Shown in pieces: positions 34,885-44,576 of a DNA stretch of 64,000 nt (the stretch's first letter is position 1; each line of letters starts with the position of its first letter). The translations under genes were made by a program, and so were the position numbers. The notes under the pieces were generated by a model. The model had not been told where the DNA came from, searched no databases, and saw only the letters and a program-made list of their open reading frames with translations. The DNA comes from Planctomycetota bacterium (lineage in GTDB: Bacteria > Planctomycetota > UBA1135 > UBA2386). The stretch lies in the NCBI GenBank assembly GCA_016794425.1, contig JAEUHR010000025.1:155041-219040 (forward strand). Direction: 5' to 3'.

Positions 34885-35063
34885 GGTCGTTCCATCGACC
34901 GGGCCGGGGCCCGGGCTTCTGGGCCGTTGGCGGCGAGGGGCGTTCGCGGCGCGGACGGCGGCTGGTCGGCGGCCCGCCGGCCGGCTGCGCGGCAGGCGCC
35001 GATGCCATCGACGGCTCGGCGGCGGCTCAGCCGGGCGCGCCGGCGAGCCGATGAGACCGGGCG

Positions 35064-35912
35064 ATGACGACCGCGACCTCGGACCTCTCCCGGCAGTTCG
35101 CCGGCCTGATCGCGAAGGGCCAGCTCGACTTGCCGCCGATGCCGGCGACGGCCACCGAGGTGATGGACCTCTGCCAGCAGGAGACGACCGACGCGGCGAA
35201 GTTGTCAGCGGTCGTGCACCGCGACCAGACGATCGCGTCGAACGTGCTGCGCGTCGCGAACTCGGTCGCCTACGCCGGGCAGATGCCGTGCACGTCGCTG
35301 CAGCAGGCCGTGAGCCGGCTCGGCATGCAGCTGATCAGCGAGATCGCGACGGCGGTCGCGGTGCGCGGGCGCATGTTCACGAACCCTCGCTGCGCCGCGC
35401 TGCTGGCCTTGCTGTGGCGCCATTCGGTGCTGGCCGGCTTCTTCGCCAAGGAGGTCGCGCGTCTGCGTCGGCGCAACGTCGACGTGGCGTTCCTGTGCGG
35501 GTTGTTGCACGACGTCGGCAAGGCGGTGCTGCTCGACAACGTCGACCGCACGGCGGCCGGCCGCGGCGCCGGCCTGGACGAAGGCGAACTGATGGCGGCG
35601 CTGCACGAACAGCACACCGCGGCCGGTGTCGTGCTCGCGGCTTCGTGGAAGCTGCCGGAGCAGATCGCCGAGGCGATGCGCTGCCACCACGAGCCGACCG
35701 CGTCCGAGCGCTTCCAGGAGCTCGCCGAGACGGTCGCGTTCGCCGACGCGCTGGCGCACCTGACCGCCGCCAGCGCCTTCGCGGTGCCGCCGAGCGAAGC
35801 CGAGCTGCGCGCGCATCCGGCGCTGCGCGTCCTGAACCTCTATCCCGACCAGGTCGATGCGCTGCTGGCGATGCGCCCGCGGGCACTGCAGGTCGCCGAG
35901 GGCATGCGATGA
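35064..35912 (+). CDS. HDOD-domain signalling protein
   Basis: LPPMPATATEVMDLCQQETTDAAKLSAVVHRDQTIASNVLRVANSVAY....LQQAVSRLG ... FLCGLLHDVGKAVL is the classic HDOD layout. Confidence 0.85.
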   Translation: MTTATSDLSRQFAGLIAKGQLDLPPMPATATEVMDLCQQETTDAAKLSAVVHRDQTIASNVLRVANSVAYAGQMPCTSLQQAVSRLGMQLISEIATAVAVRGRMFTNPRCAALLALLWRHSVLAGFFAKEVARLRRRNVDVAFLCGLLHDVGKAVLLDNVDRTAAGRGAGLDEGELMAALHEQHTAAGVVLAASWKLPEQIAEAMRCHHEPTASERFQELAETVAFADALAHLTAASAFAVPPSEAELRAHPALRVLNLYPDQVDALLAMRPRALQVAEGMR

Positions 35913-37381
35913 ACCCGAACTCCGCCAACTCCGCCCGTTCCGGCGGTCCCGTTCCCGAGCCGTGGGACGTCGTCGTGATCGGCAGCGGTCCGGCCGGCCA
36001 GAAGGCCGCCGTGCAGGCCGCGAAGGCCGGCCGCCGCACCGCGGTCGTCGAACGCGACCTCGGCGTCGGCGGTGCCTGCGTGCACCGCGGCACGATCCCG
36101 AGCAAGACGCTGCGCGAGACCGCGGTGCGCCTGGTCGGCTTCCGCGCGCGCATGGGACGCCACATGCGGGTGGAGATCCCGCCGGACCTGCAGCTCGCGA
36201 GCCTGATGGACCGCATGGAGTCGGTCGTCCGCGCGCACGTCGCCTACCAGGAGGCGCAGCTGCAGCGCAACGGTATCACCGACCTGCACGGTCGCGCGCG
36301 CTTCGTCGACCCGCACACGATCGCGGTCGAGTCGGTCTACGGCGAGACGCGGCTGCTGCGCGCCGAGACGATCGTGATCGCGACCGGTTCGCGGCCGCGC
36401 ACGCCGAGCGACATCCACATCGACCACGAACACGTGTTCGACAGCGACTCGGTGCTCGGCATGGCCTACCTGCCGAAGTCGATGGTCGTGCTCGGCGGCG
36501 GCGTGATCGCCTGCGAGTACGCGACGATCTTCGCGTCGCTCGGCGTGCAGGTCACGCTGGTCGACAAGACGCCGCGGCCGCTCGCGTTCCTCGACGGCGA
36601 GATCCTCGATCGCTTCACGACCGACTTCGAGGCCAACCCGGGCTGCACCTGGATCGGCAACGCGAAGGTCACCGGGGTCGAATGGAACGGCGTCGACGCG
36701 GTCGTCACGCGGCTCGACAACGGCTGGGAGTTGAAGTCCGAGAAGGTGCTGTTCGCGCTCGGCCGCGTCGCCAACGTCGAGGGGCTCGCGATCGAGGCTG
36801 CCGGCCTGACGACCAACGCGCGCGGCCACCTGCAGGTCGACGCCGAGTGCCGCACCGCGGTGCCGCACATCCTGGCGGTTGGCGACGTGATCGGCCCGCC
36901 GTCGCTGGCGTCGGCGTCGATGGAGCAGGGTCGCCGCGCGATGTGCGCGGCACTGCACCTGCCGAAGCCGGTCGGCGCCGACCTGATCCCGACCGGCATC
37001 TACACGATTCCCGAGATCGCCAGCGTCGGCCTGGCCGAAGCCGAGGCGCGCGCGCAGCACGGCGACTGCCTGGTCGGCCGCGCGCGTTTCGCCGAACTGG
37101 CGCGCGGCCAGATCGCGGGCTCCGACCAGGGCCTGCTGAAGCTGGTCGTCGCCGCCGACTCGCTGCGCGTGCTCGGCTGCCAGATCATCGGCGAAGGCGC
37201 GACCGAGCTCGTGCACCTGGCGCAGATGGCGATGCTGACCGGCGCCGACGCGACGATGTTCGTCGACCGGATCTTCAACTTCCCGACGCTGGCCGAGGCG
37301 TACCGCGTGGCGTCGCTCGACGTGCTGGGGCAGCTGCAGAAGCGCTGTGCCAGTGCGGCGCCGACGCCTCTGCCGCGCTGA
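35909..37381 (+). CDS. sthA: Soluble pyridine nucleotide transhydrogenase (SthA-type flavoprotein disulfide-reductase family)
   Basis: The ATG at 35909 overlaps the HDOD stop (ATGA). DVVVIGSGPAGQKAA. The single-Cys active-site region GGACVHRGTIPSKTLRE matches E. coli SthA GGGCTHWGTIPSK. Second dinucleotide fold VVLGGGVIACEYA. ILAVGDVIG. Dimerisation domain IYTIPEIASVG. Confidence 0.8.
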   Translation: MNPNSANSARSGGPVPEPWDVVVIGSGPAGQKAAVQAAKAGRRTAVVERDLGVGGACVHRGTIPSKTLRETAVRLVGFRARMGRHMRVEIPPDLQLASLMDRMESVVRAHVAYQEAQLQRNGITDLHGRARFVDPHTIAVESVYGETRLLRAETIVIATGSRPRTPSDIHIDHEHVFDSDSVLGMAYLPKSMVVLGGGVIACEYATIFASLGVQVTLVDKTPRPLAFLDGEILDRFTTDFEANPGCTWIGNAKVTGVEWNGVDAVVTRLDNGWELKSEKVLFALGRVANVEGLAIEAAGLTTNARGHLQVDAECRTAVPHILAVGDVIGPPSLASASMEQGRRAMCAALHLPKPVGADLIPTGIYTIPEIASVGLAEAEARAQHGDCLVGRARFAELARGQIAGSDQGLLKLVVAADSLRVLGCQIIGEGATELVHLAQMAMLTGADATMFVDRIFNFPTLAEAYRVASLDVLGQLQKRCASAAPTPLPR

Positions 37382-38159
37382 GTTCGCGGGCGAACTGCTC
37401 GGCGAACCACCACAGTCCGCCGTCGCTGCGGTGCACGTCGCCGGGCACCAGCGCGGTGCCGGCCGCCGCCTGCTGCAGCGCCGCCGGCGGGACGGCGCCT
37501 AGCACGAAGCCGCCGAGTGCCGTGCGCGCGACCAGGTCGCCGTCGCCGACCAGGTGCGCCTGGCCGACGTGCACGACCAGCAGCCGGTCCGGCCACCGCG
37601 CCGCTGCCGCGCGTACCGCGCCGGCGATCACGGCGTCGCGTTCGTCGATCGGCAGCCGCGGCACCGGTTCGAGCGCGACGACCGGCGCGCCGTGCGCGCG
37701 CGCGAACGCGAGCAGCTCGCGGTAGTGGCGCGGGTCGAGCTGCTGGTCGTCGAGCCACGAGCCGGGCCAGCGGCGCCGCAGCAGCGTGGCCAGGCGTTCC
37801 AGCGTCAGTTCGCCGCCGAGGTAGCGCGCCACGGCGGCCTCGTCCTCGCTGCCGATCGCCTCGAGCGCGAACGCGAACCGCACGCCGCGCGCCTGCAGCT
37901 GCAGCAGCAGGTCGCGCTGCCGCGCGTGCAGCGACGGATCGTCGTGGTGGTCGCCGAGCCACAGCACGCGTTCGCGCTGCAGCAGCTGCAGCAGCCGGTC
38001 GCGCGGCAGCCGCTCGACGAGCTGCGTACCGGCCGCGTCGGCGAACGACGCGAGGTACTGCTCGAGCGCGGGTGGTGCCGCGCCGGTCCAGCCGAACGTG
38101 GTCGGCGCGCATGCGGCGAGCAACGTGAAGGTGGCGACGGGCGCGCCGCGGGGCATCAT
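37275..38159 (-). CDS. ChaN-like lipoprotein (Tiki/TraB/ChaN superfamily, haem-binding-uptake-like)
   Basis: The start MMPRGAPVATFTLLAACAP (lipobox LAAC) is at 38159. VLWLGDHHDDPSLHARQRDLL resembles the GExH....H motif of ChaN-type proteins. Its 3' end overlaps the convergent sthA by 107 nt. The functional call is tentative. Confidence 0.5.
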   Translation of the reverse strand: MMPRGAPVATFTLLAACAPTTFGWTGAAPPALEQYLASFADAAGTQLVERLPRDRLLQLLQRERVLWLGDHHDDPSLHARQRDLLLQLQARGVRFAFALEAIGSEDEAAVARYLGGELTLERLATLLRRRWPGSWLDDQQLDPRHYRELLAFARAHGAPVVALEPVPRLPIDERDAVIAGAVRAAAARWPDRLLVVHVGQAHLVGDGDLVARTALGGFVLGAVPPAALQQAAAGTALVPGDVHRSDGGLWWFAEQFARELSAAEASAPHWHSASAAAPARRATPRGTPRPASGS

Positions 38160-38191
38160 GCAGAGCCTACCCCAGGCCCCACGGACCCGAC

Positions 38192-38881
38192 ATGACCCCG
38201 AACATCGGCGTGCTGCTCTCCGGCTGCGGCCACCTCGACGGCAGCGAGATCCACGAAGCCGTCCTGACGCTGCTGGCCCTCGACGAACAGCGTGCACATG
38301 CCGTCTGCATCGCGCCGCACGCGCCGCAGGCGGCGGTCGTCGACCACCGCACCGGCGCGCCGGTGCCCGGCGCCGAACGCGACATGCTGACCGAGGCGGC
38401 GCGCATCGCGCGCGGCCGCGTCCGCGACCTCGCCAGCGTGCGCGCCGACGAACTCGACGGCGTCGTGCTGCCGGGGGGCTTCGGCGCGGCCAAGAACCTG
38501 TGCGACTTCGCGGCCAAGGGGGCCGCGGCGACCGTTCGGCCCGACGTCGCGCGGTTGCTGCGCGAACTGCATGCGGCGCGGAAGCCGATCGGGGCCCTGT
38601 GCATCGCGCCGGCGGTGGTCGCGGCGGTGTTCGGCCGCAGCGAGCACCCGGTGCTGACGGTCGGTGCGGCCGGGCAGGCCGCGCAAGCGCTCGAGGCGAT
38701 GGGGGCGCGGCACCAGGTACGGCCGGTCACCGAGTGCACGGTCGACACCGACCACCGGATCGTGACCGCGCCCGCGTACATGTACGACGCGCGCATCGCC
38801 GACGTCGCGGCCGGCGTGCGCAAGCTCGTCGCCGCGGTGCTCGAGCTGGTGCACCGGCGCGCGGCCGGAGGTGCCGCGTGA
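38192..38881 (+). CDS. elbB: Isoprenoid-biosynthesis glyoxalase ElbB (DJ-1/PfpI superfamily)
   Basis: IGVLLSGCGHLDGSEIHEAVLTLLAL...VLPGGFGAAKNLCDFA...GALCIAPAVV...IVTAPAYM is near-collinear with E. coli ElbB. Confidence 0.9.
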   Translation: MTPNIGVLLSGCGHLDGSEIHEAVLTLLALDEQRAHAVCIAPHAPQAAVVDHRTGAPVPGAERDMLTEAARIARGRVRDLASVRADELDGVVLPGGFGAAKNLCDFAAKGAAATVRPDVARLLRELHAARKPIGALCIAPAVVAAVFGRSEHPVLTVGAAGQAAQALEAMGARHQVRPVTECTVDTDHRIVTAPAYMYDARIADVAAGVRKLVAAVLELVHRRAAGGAA

Positions 38882-39657
38882 GCCGCGTGCTGCGCGGCAA
38901 GCGCTGCCTCGTGACCGGCGGCGGCACCGGCATCGGCGCCGGCATCGCTCGCTGCCTCGCGCGCGCCGGCGCCGCATCGGTCGCCGTGCTCGGCCGTCGC
39001 CGCGCGCCGCTGCTGCGCACGGTCGCGGCCGTGCGGGCGCTGCGCGCCGAAGCGATGGCCGTGACCGCCGACGTGACCGATCGGCGCGCCGTGGCCGCCG
39101 CCGTGCGCCGCGCCGCGAAGGCGATGGGCGGCATCGACCTGCTCGTCAACAACGCCGGCGTCGGCGGTCCCAACGGCTGCGCGTTGCCGGGGCCCGATCG
39201 CTGGGACGAGATCGTGCGCACCAACCTCGACGGCGTGTTCTTCACGACGCGCGCCGCGCTGCCGTTCCTGCACGAAGGCGGCCGCATCGTCACGATCAGT
39301 TCCGTGCTGGGTCGCTTCGGCGTGCCCGGTTACACGGCCTACTGCGCCAGCAAGCACGGCGTGATCGGCTTCACGAAGGCGCTGGCCCTCGAACTCGCGC
39401 CGCGCCGGATCACCGCGAACGCGATCTGCCCCGGGTGGGTCGACACCGAAATGGCGACGGCGGGGCTGGAACTCATGGCTGCGGGCCTCGGCGTCGACTT
39501 CGCGACCGCGAAGGCGCAGGCGATGGCGGCGGTGCCACTGGGTCGCCTGCTCGAACCCGAGGAGATCGGCGAGCTGGTCGTGTGGTTGGGTTCGTCGGCC
39601 GCCCGCGGTATGACTGGCCAGGCGATCAGTCACTGCGGTGGGCAAGTGATGTGGTGA
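38878..39657 (+). CDS. Short-chain dehydrogenase/reductase (FabG-like)
   Basis: The GTG at 38878 overlaps the elbB stop. Cofactor motif VTGGGTGIGAGIA, NNAG, catalytic SS...YCASKHG, and PGWVDTEM. Confidence 0.88.
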   Translation: MSRVLRGKRCLVTGGGTGIGAGIARCLARAGAASVAVLGRRRAPLLRTVAAVRALRAEAMAVTADVTDRRAVAAAVRRAAKAMGGIDLLVNNAGVGGPNGCALPGPDRWDEIVRTNLDGVFFTTRAALPFLHEGGRIVTISSVLGRFGVPGYTAYCASKHGVIGFTKALALELAPRRITANAICPGWVDTEMATAGLELMAAGLGVDFATAKAQAMAAVPLGRLLEPEEIGELVVWLGSSAARGMTGQAISHCGGQVMW

Positions 39658-39802
39658 GTGGTCCCGGAACGGGAGTCGCCGTAGCGTCGGTGGCACCGGT
39701 GCGGCGGCGCCGCCGCTGCGGGTCCGCCGAGATGCAGCGCGGCGGCGTGAGATACCCTGTCCCGTCGGGCCCGGCCCGGCGACGGAATCGCGGAACCCTG
39801 GC

Positions 39803-40786
39803 ATGCGAACCTCCCTGCCCCTGACCTTCCTGCTGCTCGCCGCCTGCGCATCGCCGGGCAAGCCCGGGGTGGACCCCGAGTGGAACGAAGTGCAGCGCCA
39901 TCGTCTGGAGCGGCTGCACCAGCAGCGGCGCGTCGCCGATGCCGTGGTCGCGCTGCTCGGCCGCGCCCCGCGCGATCTGTCGCTGGTGCCGCAGGACCCC
40001 AAGCCGGCGACGGCCGGGCGTGAGCGCCACATCGACCAGATCCTGCCCGCGGTGGCCGGTGCCGGCCCGCGGCGCTTCCGCACCGCGCGCCAGCCGCTGA
40101 CCGTGCAGCTCGGCGTCGGCGGCGGCGACGTGATGGTGCGCAGCAAGAACTCGCTGCTCGACGACCGCGCCGGCGCGGCGTTCGTGCGTGCCGCGGTGGA
40201 CACCGGCCACGGCGTCGGCGTCGACGCCGAGCTGTGGTCCAGCGACGACGACTTGTTCGAAGGCGTGCGCATCAACGACGGCGTCGCGCCGCGCGCCGCG
40301 GACGCCACGCTGCTCGGCCTCGACGTGTTCCCGCATCTGCGGTTCGACGTGGCGCAGCGCGGCGCATTCTCGATGCCGGTGCGTGTGGGCCTGTTCGCGA
40401 ACTGGCAGACGCTCGACCACGAGACCGCGCTGGTCGAACGCGAGTGGCTGTCGCTCGGGCCGCGCCTCGTGCTCGAGCCGACGCTGCGCGTGCTCGGGGA
40501 AGCCGGCGGCGACCGACTCGATCTCGTCGGGCGCGTCGGTGGCGACGTCGGTCCGGCGTGGTTCGCGGAGCAGTACCGCGGCGGCGACGATTACGACGTC
40601 ACGTCGACCTGGACCGGCGAACTCGGCGCGAGCCTGCGCGGTTCGCTCGGCCGCTGGCAGGCGGAGCTGGGCTACGGCCTGCAGCATCGCACGTTCGGCG
40701 CCACCGACACCGACCTGTTCGGCGAGCACAGCCGCACCGAGCTGCAGCGCCAGCGCGCGTTCCTCGGCGTCGGCGTGCAGTTCTGA
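39803..40786 (+). CDS. Lipoprotein, probable outer-membrane beta-barrel, unknown function
   Basis: Lipobox LLLAACASPG. Alternating beta-strand-like segments. The terminal ...AFLGVGVQF ends in Phe, as in OM beta-barrel proteins. Confidence 0.6.
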   Translation: MRTSLPLTFLLLAACASPGKPGVDPEWNEVQRHRLERLHQQRRVADAVVALLGRAPRDLSLVPQDPKPATAGRERHIDQILPAVAGAGPRRFRTARQPLTVQLGVGGGDVMVRSKNSLLDDRAGAAFVRAAVDTGHGVGVDAELWSSDDDLFEGVRINDGVAPRAADATLLGLDVFPHLRFDVAQRGAFSMPVRVGLFANWQTLDHETALVEREWLSLGPRLVLEPTLRVLGEAGGDRLDLVGRVGGDVGPAWFAEQYRGGDDYDVTSTWTGELGASLRGSLGRWQAELGYGLQHRTFGATDTDLFGEHSRTELQRQRAFLGVGVQF

Positions 40787-40846
40787 CGCGACGCTCGGGT
40801 CCAGCGCCGGCCGACGGGGTGTGCCCGCCGGCCGGTCGACCGCCGG

Positions 40847-43840
40847 TCAGTTCTGCGTGAAGAACGACACGAACGGATTCGACACGACGAACTGCGTCGC
40901 CGCGGCGTCGATCGTCAGCACCTGCGTGTAGGTCAGCGTGCCGAGCGCCGACGGCACGTTCGGCGCGGGGAACGTCGAGAACGACGCGCCGATCGCATTG
41001 GTGGCGCCGCCGATCAGGGCGAGGTTGCCGCCGAGCGCGAACGTCGGGAAGCCCGGCACCGGCGTCGGGCCGGGCGTGTCGCCGATGCCGAGCAGCCACG
41101 GCAGGTTCGGTGCCTGCGTCTGGATCCGCATCGTCACCGTGGAGCCCTGCACCGCCTGCTCCGGCAGCAGCTCGAGTTCGGCGCCGAGCGGCGGCGCGGT
41201 CAGCGTGCCGAGCTGCACGTCGTCGAGGTTCCAGCCGCCGAGCTGTACGCCGTTGTCGGCCACCAGCCGCCACTCGATCTGCACCGACGGGTTGTTGTCG
41301 GCCGACGGGATCGCCAGCTCGAAGTTCGACCAGTTGGTGTCGACCAGGTTGGCGCCGTTGGGGTTCACCCACACCTGCACGCCGTTGACCAGGATGCTCG
41401 CCTGGTCGAACCCGGCGTCCTCGACGGACAGCCAGCGCTTGAAGCGCAGCCGCACGCCGGTGCGGCCCGTGCAGTCGATGACCGGCGAGCGCAGGAAGTT
41501 CTGCGCGTTGGCGGCGTAGGAGCCGTTCCAGTTCGTGGCGCCGATCGGGTTGCCGAGATCGTTGCCGATGCAGAACGCGCCGCGCGGCGCGAAGCCGGGA
41601 TCGGCCCAGGCGATGCCGCTGCTGGTGCCCGAGCGGCCGGCCGGCGCGCCGATCTGCCAGTCGTTCTGCGTCGCGATCTGGCCGTTGGTCCAGCCCGGCG
41701 CCCCGTTCTCGAAGCCCTCGCCGAAGAATGGCTGGAACGTGTCGACGACGTACAGGTAGGTGCCGCTGCGCGGCAGCCGGACGACGGCGCCCGAGTTGTG
41801 CACGGCCTCGAAGTAGTAGGTCATCGTGCCGGAGCCGACGCCGGCCAGCAGGGCGCGGTAGACGTTCGGCGTCGCGGTTGGCTGCATGCGGCGCAGCACC
41901 GGGCCGGTGCCCTTGTTGAAGATCACGCGGACGTCGTTCCACGAGCCGGTCAGCGGCGTCGCGGTCAGCAGCACTTCACGCGGCGTCAATCGCTGGTCGG
42001 TGTCGGCCAGGCCCTGGTGCGCCAGGGTGCCGACCACGACCTCCGGGTAGGGCAGGTTCTTCGCGATCGCGGCGCCGCTGAGCTGCGCGTAGTGCGGCGT
42101 GCCGTTCAGCAGGTTCGCGTCGTCGTCGTCGGCGAGGAACACCTGCAGCACCGCGTTGGTCTGGTTGGTCGCGTTGGCGACGATCGAGCCGATCACGATG
42201 TCGTTCGAGATCGCGATCGCCTGCGGCGTGCCGAACGCCGTGCGCAGCCGCGTGCGCAGGTCCCACGCGAAGCCCATCCAGACCTGGCCGGCCGTGTGCA
42301 CGCCCTGGCCGGTCTGCGGGTAGGTGCGCGAGTTGACGCCGTTGCGCAGCGGCACACCCGGGATTTCGAAGCCGCTGCCGAGCAGGCTGCTGTCGACCAA
42401 GTACATGCCGATGATGTCGCCCCAGCCCTCACTGAGGCCGTCGCCGGTCGTGTTCGAGATGCCGCCGTAGCGGTCGTCGAGGCCGTGGCCCCATTCGTGC
42501 GCGACCACGGTCGAGAAGGCGGTGTTCGCGCAGCCGTTGCCGGCGAGGAAGAAGTTCGTCGTGTTGCCGCCGTAGCTGGCGTTGCAGTTGTTGTTGACGT
42601 TGACGTTGACCGCGATGTTGTCGGCGGTGTTCAGCTGTGCGGTGTTGCCGAGGATCGAGCGCGACCACTCGTTGACCAGGTCGATCCAGTAGGCCGCCGT
42701 CGTGTGCGCGGCCTGGTCGGAGGTCGCCGCGGCCGACAGCAGCTGGATCGTCGCCGGCACGCCCGGGTCGACCTGCACGCTGGCGGACGGCGCGCTGCTG
42801 CCCGCGATCAGTGCGTGGTGGGTGCCGTCGAGACCGTTGATGTTGATCACCACCGGCGCGGCGATGTCGATCGAGAACTGGCCGTTGGCGTCGGTCGTGC
42901 GCGTGCCGACCCCCGGCACGTTGACGACGATGTTGCGCAGCGGGGTGTTCACGAGGGCGCTCTGGCCGTCGTTGCCGGTGCGCGTCCACGCCATCAGCGT
43001 GACCGTCGTCGCCACCGGCAGCGGCAGCGGCGCAGCCGTGCTGGCGGCGGCTGCCGGCGCCGGCGTCGGCGCCGCGGCGATCGACTCGAACCGCGCGTGC
43101 GCCGCATTGCGGCAGCTGGCGTAGCCGCACTCGTGCCGGTCGTTCCGGTAGTGCAGCACCGCGCCGGTCTTCGCGTCGACGTAGTAGCGGCCCATCGCGC
43201 CGTCGGCGCCGAGGCTCCGCACCGGCACTTCCCAGGCCAGGAACACCGGCGCCAGCTGCGGCGCGTCGATGTCACCCCAGATGCACAGCTGCGCTGCGCC
43301 GGGGCGCACGGCTGCGCCGGCGGCCTGCGGGGAGAACGCCTCGATGGCGATCGCGGTCGCCAGCTCGTCACCGAGCGCCGGGCCGGTGTCGAAGTCGGCC
43401 GGGATCGGGAAGGCGCGGCTGCCCAGCATCGACACGGCGCCGCGCATGTGGATGCGGAAGTCGATGCGGCCCTCGATGACCGGCAGGCCGCGGAACGACT
43501 GCGCGTAGGTCAGCGACCAGGTGCGGCCCATGCGCGCGCCGATCTCCTCGTGGAAGTCCGAGGCGCCGGTGCCGAGCAGCGTCGCGTACTGCTGCAGCAG
43601 CAGCTGCGCCTGCCGGCGCGCCTCGTCCAGCGAATTGGCGCGCCAGTCTGCGAGCGGCAGGCCGGGGCCGTAGATCACGCTCGGCGTGCCGGTCGCGGCA
43701 TGCCACTGCGCGACCCACTGGTTGCCGGACTGTTCCTGCAGCCGTTGGAATGCGGCCTGGGGCCCGGCAGCGAGCGTCGGGTCCTGGGCGGGGAGGGACA
43801 GTGCGAGCAGAACGCCGGCACCAAGTGCGTGGATACGCAT
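40847..43840 (-). CDS. Secreted zinc metalloprotease (FTP/PepSY propeptide, HExxH catalytic domain of M36/M4-like type, large C-terminal extensions)
   Basis: Signal MRIHALGAGVLLALSLPAQD. Propeptide-like RTWSLTYAQSFRGLPVIEGRIDF and GRYYVDAKTGAVLHYRN. Zinc site VVAHEWGHGLDDRYGG with downstream GLSEGWGDIIG. The C-terminus carries the recurrent module (...LGTLTYTQVLTIDAAATQFVVSNPFVSFFTQN). Confidence 0.8.
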   Translation of the reverse strand: MRIHALGAGVLLALSLPAQDPTLAAGPQAAFQRLQEQSGNQWVAQWHAATGTPSVIYGPGLPLADWRANSLDEARRQAQLLLQQYATLLGTGASDFHEEIGARMGRTWSLTYAQSFRGLPVIEGRIDFRIHMRGAVSMLGSRAFPIPADFDTGPALGDELATAIAIEAFSPQAAGAAVRPGAAQLCIWGDIDAPQLAPVFLAWEVPVRSLGADGAMGRYYVDAKTGAVLHYRNDRHECGYASCRNAAHARFESIAAAPTPAPAAAASTAAPLPLPVATTVTLMAWTRTGNDGQSALVNTPLRNIVVNVPGVGTRTTDANGQFSIDIAAPVVININGLDGTHHALIAGSSAPSASVQVDPGVPATIQLLSAAATSDQAAHTTAAYWIDLVNEWSRSILGNTAQLNTADNIAVNVNVNNNCNASYGGNTTNFFLAGNGCANTAFSTVVAHEWGHGLDDRYGGISNTTGDGLSEGWGDIIGMYLVDSSLLGSGFEIPGVPLRNGVNSRTYPQTGQGVHTAGQVWMGFAWDLRTRLRTAFGTPQAIAISNDIVIGSIVANATNQTNAVLQVFLADDDDANLLNGTPHYAQLSGAAIAKNLPYPEVVVGTLAHQGLADTDQRLTPREVLLTATPLTGSWNDVRVIFNKGTGPVLRRMQPTATPNVYRALLAGVGSGTMTYYFEAVHNSGAVVRLPRSGTYLYVVDTFQPFFGEGFENGAPGWTNGQIATQNDWQIGAPAGRSGTSSGIAWADPGFAPRGAFCIGNDLGNPIGATNWNGSYAANAQNFLRSPVIDCTGRTGVRLRFKRWLSVEDAGFDQASILVNGVQVWVNPNGANLVDTNWSNFELAIPSADNNPSVQIEWRLVADNGVQLGGWNLDDVQLGTLTAPPLGAELELLPEQAVQGSTVTMRIQTQAPNLPWLLGIGDTPGPTPVPGFPTFALGGNLALIGGATNAIGASFSTFPAPNVPSALGTLTYTQVLTIDAAATQFVVSNPFVSFFTQN

Positions 43841-44063
43841 GGATCCTGATCCAGAGGGGAAACGAGCCGGTTGGGGACCGGACGGCGATGGGAATGGGCT
43901 CGGCGGGGCGACCGAACGCGTGGTGGAGCAGGCGTGGCCAGTATGCGGTTCCGCCGCGGCGGGTCAACCACCGGCGCCCGGCCGCGCCCGGGCCGATGTC
44001 ATCGCGACTTCCCGCGGGCGGAAAATCCTGCACCCGCAGCGGCCGTTCGCGGATTCTGGCCGT

Positions 44064-44576
44064 GTGCACGCCGTGCGCAGCATCACCGAAGCCGACGTGA
44101 CCCGCCTCGTGCAACAGCACCAGGCCGAGGTCTGGCGCTACCTGCGCTTCCTCGGCGCATCGGCCGAGCTCGCCGACGACCTGACCCAGGAGGCGTTCCT
44201 GCAGCTGCTGCGCGCGCCGTTCGAGGAACGCACCCCCGCGGCGACCGCGGCCTGGCTGCGCACGGTGGCGCGCAACGCGTACGTGAAGGCGTTCCGGCGG
44301 CCGCCGTTCGAGCTGGCCGAGCTCGACGAGATCGAGGCGGTCTGGACCGGGTTCGCCGGCGCCGACGCGGGGCAGCAGGCACTCGACCGGCTGCGGCTCT
44401 GCCTCGAGCGGCTCGACGGCCGCGCGCGCGACGCAGTGCGGCTGTGCTACGAAGAGCGGCGGTCGCGCCGCGAGATCGGCGATCGGCTCGGCATCGGCGA
44501 CGACGGCGTCAAGTCGCTGCTGCGGCGCACGCGCGCGGTGCTGCGCGCCTGCGTCGAACGCGCGGAGGGTGCATGA
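44064..44576 (+). CDS. ECF-type RNA polymerase sigma-70 family factor
   Basis: Region 2 LVQQHQAEVWRYLRFLGASAELADDLTQEAFLQL. Region 4 RDAVRLCYEERRSRREIGDRLGIGDDGVKSLLRRTRAVLR. The start is GTG 44064 or 44073. Confidence 0.85.
   Translation: MHAVRSITEADVTRLVQQHQAEVWRYLRFLGASAELADDLTQEAFLQLLRAPFEERTPAATAAWLRTVARNAYVKAFRRPPFELAELDEIEAVWTGFAGADAGQQALDRLRLCLERLDGRARDAVRLCYEERRSRREIGDRLGIGDDGVKSLLRRTRAVLRACVERAEGA

Noticed and set aside
34895-34925. GC-rich palindromes such as ccgggccggggcccgg in the FapA/HDOD divergent region. Similar short GC hairpins occur after several genes (for example 27081-27108).
   Set aside because: Short GC palindromes are frequent by chance at this base composition. 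None has a U-run or other supporting feature.
37275-37381. 107-nt convergent overlap between the 3' ends of sthA and the ChaN-like gene, considered as evidence that one call is wrong.
   Set aside because: Both ORFs carry family motifs upstream of the overlap, and both stops are fixed by the sequence. The overlapping tails are probably non-conserved extensions. I kept both calls and lowered confidence for the ChaN-like gene.
44017-44050. Possible ECF-type promoter (GGAAAA ... CGTT) upstream of the ECF sigma gene. Also a shared GAAAATCC octamer, seen here and, inverted, at 10907-10916 upstream of the STAS gene.
   Set aside because: The spacer between the putative -35 and -10 elements is about 19 nt, longer than typical ECF promoters. 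The octamer occurs in opposite orientations relative to the downstream genes. Two occurrences are not enough to call a motif.
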